Positions 9,180 through 16,961 of a stretch of 39,658 nt of DNA are shown one piece after another. Source of the DNA: Gemmatimonadota bacterium. GTDB taxonomy: Bacteria > JBHIER01 > G020348925. Both the position numbers and the translations under genes were made by a program. How positions within the stretch are numbered: position 1 is the first letter of the stretch; each line of letters begins with the position of its first letter. The stretch spans positions 2,144,030 through 2,183,687 of the forward strand of contig CP070758.1 of NCBI GenBank assembly GCA_020348925.1, given 5' to 3'. The notes under the pieces were generated by a model. It worked only from the letters and a program-made list of their open reading frames with translations, did no database searches and was not told where the DNA came from.

Positions 9180-10660
9180 TGTGAAACTCCTTTCATCCGT
9201 TTTTCGATAGTGTTCTCATAAATTTCAAGATATCTCCGCGCAGATCTGGCCCATGAGAAATCAGTTTGCATAGCATTCCGCATGAGATGGCTCCAGGCCT
9301 CTCTGTCATGATAGAACTCAATCGCCTCTCTTATCTTCTTAAAAAGCTCATCTGCTGCATAATCGTAAAACTTGAACCCGTTGCCTCTGCCAGTCCTCGG
9401 ATCATAGTGTTCGACGGTGTCATCCAAACCGCCCGTGGCTCTGACAAGCGGCACGGTGCCATATCTCAGACTGTACATTTGGTTGAGACCGCAGGGTTCA
9501 TACTTTGACGGCATCAGAAAGACATCACAACCAGCCTCTATTTTATGAGCCAATGCATTATCAAAAGCAATTCGAACACCCATTTTCCCAGGATATCGCA
9601 CGGCTATTTTTTGAAACATGTCTTGATATCGTTGGTCCCCGGTTCCCAGAAGGACAAGCCCCACATCCAGAGTCATCAGGTCGTCCATGATTTCTGCAAG
9701 CAAATCGAATCCCTTCTGATCGGCCAGCCTTGAAATAACACCGAAAAGAGGCGCCTTGCTCGAATCAATGTTCACCTTGAATGTTTCCAGAATGTCATCC
9801 TTACATTTCTTCTTCCCTGAAAGATCGTGCACACTATAATTCGCCTTTAGAAACCGATCGTTCTCTGGGTCCCAAACATCCGTATCAATTCCATTCAGAA
9901 TACCGAAGAGATCCTCGCTCCTCTCTCTCAGAACACTATCCAGTCCGTAACCGTACTCAGGTGTTTGAATTTCCCGGCTGTATTTCGGGCTGACGGTCGT
10001 AATGACATCCGAATAGTTGATGCCGGCTTTCATAAAATTGATCCTGCCCCAGAATTCCACACCAGCCGCAGTGAATTCCTCATCGGGCAAACCGATCAGG
10101 GCCATAACCTCCCGAGGAAAGAGCCCTTGATAGGCGAGATTGTGTATGGTATAACAACATGATGTGTTCGCAAAAAGGATCTCATCACTCCATAGCGTTC
10201 TGACGTAGGAGGGAATAAGCCCTGTCTGCCAGTCGTGGCAGTGGATGATATCCGGTTTCAGATCAAGAGCATCGCACACGGGCAGGAGTGACCGGCACAA
10301 GAAGGCAAACCGTTCCGCATTGTCGGGGTAATCTCCTTCTGGAGTTCCATACAGGTGGGCCCGATCAAAGTACGTATCCTGCCTCACACAGTAGACTTTC
10401 ACATTACGATCGCTCTCAGCCTCGAACAGCTCTCCCTCTTTGATAGTCCCACTTATGGGAACTTCGAACTTCGATATCACTTTTCGCACTTCGAAATTTC
10501 CCTCACCGACCACTCGGTAGAACGGGAGTATGACACGAACATCGTGGTCCAGAGAGGATTGAGCCGCCGGTAACGAACCAACGACATCGGCCAAGCCACC
10601 GGTTTTGGCATACGGTGCGACCTCCGAGGATACGTGGAGAATGCTCAGTCTGTTTTTCAT
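9176..10660 (-). CDS. glgA: Glycogen synthase (GT5, ADP-glucose type; 494 aa)
   Basis: SEVAPYAKTGGLADV, HCHDWQTG, TIHNLAYQG, GILNGID, SRLADQKG, MPSKYEPCGLNQMYSLRYGT. Confidence 0.97.
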   Translation of the reverse strand: MKNRLSILHVSSEVAPYAKTGGLADVVGSLPAAQSSLDHDVRVILPFYRVVGEGNFEVRKVISKFEVPISGTIKEGELFEAESDRNVKVYCVRQDTYFDRAHLYGTPEGDYPDNAERFAFLCRSLLPVCDALDLKPDIIHCHDWQTGLIPSYVRTLWSDEILFANTSCCYTIHNLAYQGLFPREVMALIGLPDEEFTAAGVEFWGRINFMKAGINYSDVITTVSPKYSREIQTPEYGYGLDSVLRERSEDLFGILNGIDTDVWDPENDRFLKANYSVHDLSGKKKCKDDILETFKVNIDSSKAPLFGVISRLADQKGFDLLAEIMDDLMTLDVGLVLLGTGDQRYQDMFQKIAVRYPGKMGVRIAFDNALAHKIEAGCDVFLMPSKYEPCGLNQMYSLRYGTVPLVRATGGLDDTVEHYDPRTGRGNGFKFYDYAADELFKKIREAIEFYHDREAWSHLMRNAMQTDFSWARSARRYLEIYENTIEKRMKGVSQ

Positions 10661-10699
10661 CGTTCTCTCTTTCTTTTAATGAACACCTGCATGTTCATT

Positions 10700-12595
10700 T
10701 CACTCGATCTTTACGGTTGTCTGACCCGCACTCGCCATCCTTGCGTAGGTTCTCTCTCCGATTGTGACTTTGAGAAGAAATCCCTTTTCAGACTCTATGT
10801 CCAATCGTGCCGGGTCACTCGCTGATGAACGAGCTCTGCAAAGAAGTGTGATCCACTGATCCCCTAACCGAACATGTTCGACTCCATGGCGATCGAGCCG
10901 GCGAAGGCGCCATCGGACCGTGTTGCGGAGCCCATCCAGTTCGATACCCATGACCGTCTCTATCAGCATCGCAATGGGTCCCAAGCCGGACCATCCCACA
11001 AAATCCTGTCGGGAGTAAAAGGTATTGTCCCAGCGGGTCGCCGGCTCCGGATAGTCCGGGGAATAACACTCCCAAATGGTGTGATAGCCATCGCCGTACC
11101 GTTCCTCAAAAGCGATCTTGTCCTCATCGGGACTGAATTCACGGAGGATACGGTCCATCATTCCAATATGATTTTCAGCAATGTCAGCAGCCACATCTCG
11201 ATATCCATACCCTTCAAGCCCCCTGACGACCATGTAGTTCGTCGGGGCCCAGACGCTGCCTCTCCAGTAGTGGCCCCTCGGATCATAATCCGGATGATCC
11301 GCCGATAACGTTGGCACCAGGTGCTGTCTCCAAAACTCAGCAGGATTTTGTAAGTGTTCCACCATGCGGATCGCGCGAGGTTCAGTCGCAACACCGGAGA
11401 GGAGTGTCCAGAATGCTCCGATGTGCTTCGACGAGCACAAGGTATCATGGCGCGTTCGATCAAAGTAGAACCTTCGACTCGGATCCCAGCATAACCGATT
11501 GATATCTGCAGCAATACGAGTGAAGTGGTTTTCAAAGGCGTCACGGATTTCATCATCTCCGATGAGTTCTCCTAATCGCGCGATACTCCTGGCAGCCAGG
11601 GCTTGCTGAGCCGAAAAATCGATCCAGATCGCCTGATCGATATCGGGTCGAGGGGCATTGTCCATTCCGCACCCGAGGTCAGTAGTGTAATACAAACCAT
11701 ACCCGTGGCGATCACGGCAATTCCCATCGATCCAATCATAGTATTTGATGAGAACTGGTAGGATCGATCGGACCCTCGATGTGTCGCCGCTTAAAAGAAC
11801 ATACCGCAATTCCGCCCAGGCGAAAAGGGGTGGATTGACAACAGGCTCCTCCGGAGTCGGCAGGTCGACTTCCTCGCCGTTCTCCTCATAATAGACTCGC
11901 TGTATATATCCGTCGTCGCGCTGCTTCCGGTAGAAATTGTCCAGAGAAGGCATGACCGGAAAGAGGTGCCGGGCGTACATACCGAACATGGTCATGAAGA
12001 CCGTGTCCCACTGGAAAATCATCTCATTAAAACCCTCATCCATAAATCTGTCTACGAAACCGTTGTCCGGACTGCCAAAGGAGATCTTCTCCCAGGCCAT
12101 CTGCCAGGCGGCATAATAGAGATCGACCCATTCGGGATTTCCATCGAGGACCGGTCTCGGGAGTTTTTCAACCGGTAAGGGTCCCAATTCACCCACTTTT
12201 CTCTCAGGAGTCGCTGGATCTCCAACCTTGAGGATCGAATTGAAGCCGTCTCCCCCGTCATTCACTCGAACCGGGTTGTCGGGATCAGGAATCCATTCAC
12301 CATCAACGACGAACTTGTAATAATAGTATCCGGTCGAAAGCATGGCCGATACGCTCCACCTTCCATTTGGATCTTTTTCCATTCTGAGATCAGGAATCCA
12401 TCCATTAAAGCTCCCGGCGACAAAAATGGAATCAGCTTCAGGATTGTCATAGGAGAAGACGATGTGGACTGCTTGCACTTGGTCTCCGGGGCTGCTCTTT
12501 CCCCGGAGAAGGGAAACAGAGAGAATGAGTGCTATGATTATCAACGGCTTTTTACAGAAGGGAACTTTACGCACTCCGTTTTTCGTCTTCTTCAT
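10700..12595 (-). CDS. Exported CBM48 (AMPK-beta type) + GH63/MGH1-like (alpha/alpha)6 glycosidase (start 12595 or 12610)
   Basis: Basic plus hydrophobic N-terminus. CBM48-like IFVAGSFNGW...YYYKFVVDGEWIPDPDNP. Catalytic-type motifs IFQWDTVF, NPPLFAWAE, GCGMDNAPR, YWRGSVWAPTNY, IWECYSP, DFVGWSG. Confidence 0.75.
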   Translation of the reverse strand: MKKTKNGVRKVPFCKKPLIIIALILSVSLLRGKSSPGDQVQAVHIVFSYDNPEADSIFVAGSFNGWIPDLRMEKDPNGRWSVSAMLSTGYYYYKFVVDGEWIPDPDNPVRVNDGGDGFNSILKVGDPATPERKVGELGPLPVEKLPRPVLDGNPEWVDLYYAAWQMAWEKISFGSPDNGFVDRFMDEGFNEMIFQWDTVFMTMFGMYARHLFPVMPSLDNFYRKQRDDGYIQRVYYEENGEEVDLPTPEEPVVNPPLFAWAELRYVLLSGDTSRVRSILPVLIKYYDWIDGNCRDRHGYGLYYTTDLGCGMDNAPRPDIDQAIWIDFSAQQALAARSIARLGELIGDDEIRDAFENHFTRIAADINRLCWDPSRRFYFDRTRHDTLCSSKHIGAFWTLLSGVATEPRAIRMVEHLQNPAEFWRQHLVPTLSADHPDYDPRGHYWRGSVWAPTNYMVVRGLEGYGYRDVAADIAENHIGMMDRILREFSPDEDKIAFEERYGDGYHTIWECYSPDYPEPATRWDNTFYSRQDFVGWSGLGPIAMLIETVMGIELDGLRNTVRWRLRRLDRHGVEHVRLGDQWITLLCRARSSASDPARLDIESEKGFLLKVTIGERTYARMASAGQTTVKIE

Positions 12596-12620
12596 ACCAG
12601 GGTATTCCATTGAATGTGTA

Positions 12621-14510
12621 TTACAGTGAAGTCCTGAACAAAAAAATCTTCCCCTCACTGTACTCAAAATCAACGTCCTCTTCAGACGCCGAACTGATCT
12701 CCAGGGTATCACGTTTCAAATACTCAATCCACATTCCTGGTTTGGGAAAGGGAAGGGAGACATTCTCATTACCCTCCCTGTCATCTCCAAAGTTCAGAGC
12801 CACGAGAACGTCGTCATCCGCGGCATCATTTTTCACCACCCCTCTTGAATAGACAAAAATATGATGCTCAGAATCATTTTTCAACACCGTCAGATCTTCC
12901 GAGCGCAGACTTTCATAATCCTTTCGCAGTGAGGCCAGCCTTGTATAGAATTGAAAAAGTGAATCGTTGGCCTCCTTGAGATCCCAATCCACGGGATCGT
13001 ATTCCCAGGCGAGATCATCGTCCGCCCCAAACTCCTGTCCTTGAAAGAGCATGATAGGACCTGGCAGCGTAAAAAGGAGCACACCGCCCAGCCGGGATCG
13101 AGCAAGGCTGCCGTTAGAGAGCGTATCGGGCAGGATGTCATCCCCATTGATGTCCAGCCAGCCCTGAGGCCCTCCGCCATGCTGGGCGAGGACAGTTCCC
13201 CTGGCAATTCTCGGTGTGTCGTGGCTCTCCAGGAAACGGACCATCGGCTTGTGCGGTCCCCACGGAGCGTAGACATAGCCGGTCAGGTTTTCCTCAAGTT
13301 TATCCTGGGAGTTGACCGTGGAGCCGACGAAACCGTCGAAGTATGAGTAAGCCTCCCGCAGGAGAATGGCCCCGCACCACTCGGCGAAGAAAAAATCCCA
13401 GCAGGAATCAAAGTCCGTGTTCCGGACAATTTCTGGGGTCGGATTCTCGGCGATGAGAATGATATCCGGCTTTACTGATCTCAGTTGCTCGGTGAACCAG
13501 GCCCACGTCCCTCCGGGATACCACTCCACAGCCTCATCCTTATACTGATCGATCCAGTCCATGCGGAAGCCATCGATATTATACTCCTGAATCCACAGTT
13601 GCGCCGCATCGAGCATGTACGTTCGCGCACCTTCATGGGACATATCAAACTCAATCATCCCCCAGGGATTGTCGGCCCTCTTCAGCCAATCGGTGTGGAT
13701 CTCTCCAATAATCTGTCCCGATCCGTGACCCATGGAAAAATCGAGAAGAACAGCGATCCCTTCCCTGTGAGCGGCTTCGACCAGTTGCCTCAGGTCCTCG
13801 GGAGTCCCAAAATCACCGTTCAGTCCGTACCAGGTGATACAATTATACCCCCAGGGATCGCGCTCGAAACCGTCCCTATCATAGCTGGTCCAGGCTGAAG
13901 AAAAGATCGGCATGAGCTCGATGGCATTGACTCCGAGTTCGGTGAAATATCCCCTCTCAATGGTCCGCGTGATGTCCCGAAATACGATCCCGAGTGTCTG
14001 CGCATTTGGATCGGTGGAGACTTCTGCGAAAGGAACCTGAGGATCCACAAACTCCCTCGGATTTAGCTCGTATATGATCAGATCGGGTATCGACGGAGGT
14101 TTGAAAGGAGTGAAGTTTTTCTTTTGTCTCTTCATAATAACCACCGAATTTCTATTTTGCGAAGCATCAATGAGTTGAGCTTTGGGATCAGTAAGGGACA
14201 GCCAGACGTTCTGATCCGACCTGTGGATCATGAATTTATACTTGTAGTAGGACTGGCCTGGTGAGAGAGACAGCGTCGTCGTCCAGAACTGACCGGTCGA
14301 ATCTCGCTTCATACCGATGGGCTTATTACCCGGCCCTGTTACCTCACCGACAAGCTGCACACTATCAACGACACCCTGATCAACATCCAATTGAAAGATA
14401 ACTGTCCTATTCTCCGCTGTTCCTGCGGTCGTGGATCCATCATCTCCTCTTTCACCACATCCACAGAAAGCGGATAAAAAGAGATTCAGAACGATAAAGA
14501 ATTTCCACAT
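12621..14510 (-). CDS. GH13 lipoprotein with an N-terminal E-set/CBM48-like domain (branching enzyme / trehalohydrolase-like clan; 629 aa)
   Basis: Lipobox-like AFCGC. GH13 motifs IYELN, GVNAIELMPI, WGYN, DGFRMD (nucleophile), IAEN (acid/base), FLESHD, PMLFQGQEFG-like. Confidence 0.85.
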   Translation of the reverse strand: MWKFFIVLNLFLSAFCGCGERGDDGSTTAGTAENRTVIFQLDVDQGVVDSVQLVGEVTGPGNKPIGMKRDSTGQFWTTTLSLSPGQSYYKYKFMIHRSDQNVWLSLTDPKAQLIDASQNRNSVVIMKRQKKNFTPFKPPSIPDLIIYELNPREFVDPQVPFAEVSTDPNAQTLGIVFRDITRTIERGYFTELGVNAIELMPIFSSAWTSYDRDGFERDPWGYNCITWYGLNGDFGTPEDLRQLVEAAHREGIAVLLDFSMGHGSGQIIGEIHTDWLKRADNPWGMIEFDMSHEGARTYMLDAAQLWIQEYNIDGFRMDWIDQYKDEAVEWYPGGTWAWFTEQLRSVKPDIILIAENPTPEIVRNTDFDSCWDFFFAEWCGAILLREAYSYFDGFVGSTVNSQDKLEENLTGYVYAPWGPHKPMVRFLESHDTPRIARGTVLAQHGGGPQGWLDINGDDILPDTLSNGSLARSRLGGVLLFTLPGPIMLFQGQEFGADDDLAWEYDPVDWDLKEANDSLFQFYTRLASLRKDYESLRSEDLTVLKNDSEHHIFVYSRGVVKNDAADDDVLVALNFGDDREGNENVSLPFPKPGMWIEYLKRDTLEISSASEEDVDFEYSEGKIFLFRTSL

Positions 14511-14511
14511 A

Positions 14512-16920
14512 TTACGCACGAGTTCGAGGCCCACAGTTTCCGATTCCCAGAATAACGTTCACAACGCTTACGGCATCCACAGCATCCACCTCCCCATCAC
14601 TATTGCAGTCGGCACACCAAAAACGGCTGCCCGTTAAGCTTTCGATCTCCAAAATGTGTCTCACGATAGCGATGACATCCAGAACGTTCATGCTTCTGTC
14701 ACCGTTCACGTCGCCCTTATCCGAAAGTGGTGCCGTGGTGAATTCAAAGACATCCTCGTGCGTAAACGGTTTCAGGGTTGCCAGCACAAATTCATCACCA
14801 AGTTCAGGCGGTGTGTACGAAGGATTGCCGGCAAAAAAAATCATCCACGTCAGGAATGGCCCACTCTGATCCTTCTCTTCGAGGATGTAAACCTCATCAC
14901 GCGGGCTCAGCTCTCCGCTGCCATCCGCCTCGTTGAATACTATATCCACCTGACGATCCTCCGTCCTGTTCCAGACCGTGAAGAACATCGGCACGGCCAG
15001 GGCTCCTAAGAATGTGCTCGAGGTATCAACGATACGATCGTATATCTTCAGAACATAATCAGCCGGATAGGGGTATCCTCGAATAATCTCTGTTCCAAAG
15101 TCCAATTCGGGTAGCGAGATGGTGTGGGTCATGTTCGTCTGCCCGATCTCCCAACCTGTGCCAGCTTGATCGACCACAGCCCGCGGATAATCGAAGATGA
15201 CCAATCGCAATCCATCGAAGGCGGGTCCTTCCGTAACGCCATCCATCTCTACAGCATTGCGCACGACGAACGTGTCCGCATCCAGATCATAAACACTGTA
15301 AGTCTTCTGCTCGGAGAGTGCGTCCTCAAACGTAATCCGATAGACGTGCCCGGTCAATTGTGATGCATCGATGATATTGCCGCCGACCGCACCACTCCCA
15401 TCTCCCCCGATGTGAAGGAAAATGGACTCAGGAAGCCCGCTCCGCTCATTGTGAACGGTGAACGTCTGTGATGTATCCGCGACCTCAACGGATCCATCTG
15501 TGCAGCGGAGCCTCAAGCGATAAAACGGCGAATTCGGCATTCCTCTCGTGTCCCAAAGGTAAGAGCTATCATTCTGTTCATCGGTTACAATTGCTCTCCA
15601 CGTAACTCCGTCATCACTGCTCACGTCGAGTGAAATAAGTAACGGATCACCGTCGGCATCGGCAGCGCTCCATCTGATCTCGTATTCATCGTGCAGCAAC
15701 TCGCCGCCCCGTGGATCATTCAGTTCGATCTCCGGAGGAGCATTTCCCGGATTATTGACAGTGAAGGGACCACTCGACTCCGTCATACCGAAGCGTTCCT
15801 CTCCGAGGACTACGATGCGAAGCTTGTATTGAGTTCCATCGGGCACCGAAAGTGTGTTCCACGGATACGAATTGTTTTGTCTCTGACCGCTCCACAACTC
15901 ATTCCAGCTCGCGCCGGCGTCATCGCTGACAAAGAGTGTCACGAACAGAGAATCCCCTGCATCTTCGAAGGTCCACGAGATATCGATCTGACCGGACACC
16001 TCATCACCAGCTAAGGGTGAGCGCAGACGGACATCCAAGGAAAGCAGGGTCGTCTCAAAGGTGCTGTACACGCCGATGTGATCCGAGGGATAGATTCCCC
16101 CAGAGCTCGGTCTGTTCAAAACCAATCGAGAATCAACCGCTCTGCTTTTGTCGCCATCTCTCAAAAAGACGTAATCGATTCGGGCGTTCGGTGATTCGGC
16201 CGGGACAGTATACCCGGACCCTCCGGGATTGCTCTCGGCCCAACTGTCCAGGTAACGGATACCCTCCGCGTCGACCTCCGTCATGTTCCGAACCGGAGGA
16301 GCATCAGGAACCGCGTTGAAGTCACCACAGACAATATTCGCCGCAGGAACACCGTCAGCACTTTTCTCCTCAACATACTCTTTGATCTGCCGCACCTGGG
16401 CCACGCGAACCTCCTCGTCCTGGGCGAGATGCGAGAGATGGGCATCAAAGAAGTTGACGATCCCTGCCGGGGTCAAGATCCTGCAATACAATGCTTTTCT
16501 CTGAAAGACACCTACTGGTAAATCTCGCACACCTTCTTCAAGAATGATGTGTCGGGTCATGATCCCGAGACCCTCATCGTATCGCCCCCACCCTGTATGG
16601 GTCCGCTCAAAGATATACTCGTATCTGATTCCGGTCCTTCGATAGACCGAATCGGCGATCACCTTGGCGCTGTTGTCACCACCTCCGGTCCCCGGTGTCT
16701 GAAGAACCTCCTGAAGGCCGATGAGATCCGGTTGAAGCTCCTCCAGCTCTTCAACAATCATACTCAATCGTGTCCCCCACTCGATCTCCCAGCCGTGAAG
16801 GTTGAAGGTGAGAACAGTGAGTGAATCTCCGAGACTGCTCTGCACCTGTTGACCTTTACAGGGAATAATCCGGGCGATGAGGAGAATACAGAGTATACCC
16901 CACAACAGTTTACTTTTCAT
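14512..16920 (-). CDS. Exported endonuclease/exonuclease/phosphatase (EEP) protein, MapP-like, with two Ig-like repeats, an unknown domain and a C-terminal dockerin-like module (802 aa)
   Basis: Signal peptide. EEP motifs VLTFNLH, DLIGLQEV, AHLS, CGDFNA, RIDYVF, PSDH. The segment THTGWGRYDEGLGIM resembles maltose-6'-phosphate phosphatase homologs. Duplicated Ig-like units (VSDDAGASW / VSSDDGVTW). Dockerin at 14512-14718. Confidence 0.8.
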   Translation of the reverse strand: MKSKLLWGILCILLIARIIPCKGQQVQSSLGDSLTVLTFNLHGWEIEWGTRLSMIVEELEELQPDLIGLQEVLQTPGTGGGDNSAKVIADSVYRRTGIRYEYIFERTHTGWGRYDEGLGIMTRHIILEEGVRDLPVGVFQRKALYCRILTPAGIVNFFDAHLSHLAQDEEVRVAQVRQIKEYVEEKSADGVPAANIVCGDFNAVPDAPPVRNMTEVDAEGIRYLDSWAESNPGGSGYTVPAESPNARIDYVFLRDGDKSRAVDSRLVLNRPSSGGIYPSDHIGVYSTFETTLLSLDVRLRSPLAGDEVSGQIDISWTFEDAGDSLFVTLFVSDDAGASWNELWSGQRQNNSYPWNTLSVPDGTQYKLRIVVLGEERFGMTESSGPFTVNNPGNAPPEIELNDPRGGELLHDEYEIRWSAADADGDPLLISLDVSSDDGVTWRAIVTDEQNDSSYLWDTRGMPNSPFYRLRLRCTDGSVEVADTSQTFTVHNERSGLPESIFLHIGGDGSGAVGGNIIDASQLTGHVYRITFEDALSEQKTYSVYDLDADTFVVRNAVEMDGVTEGPAFDGLRLVIFDYPRAVVDQAGTGWEIGQTNMTHTISLPELDFGTEIIRGYPYPADYVLKIYDRIVDTSSTFLGALAVPMFFTVWNRTEDRQVDIVFNEADGSGELSPRDEVYILEEKDQSGPFLTWMIFFAGNPSYTPPELGDEFVLATLKPFTHEDVFEFTTAPLSDKGDVNGDRSMNVLDVIAIVRHILEIESLTGSRFWCADCNSDGEVDAVDAVSVVNVILGIGNCGPRTRA

Positions 16921-16961
16921 GAGCTCAATTCCTCGGGTATCACCATACAACCAGCACCTTT

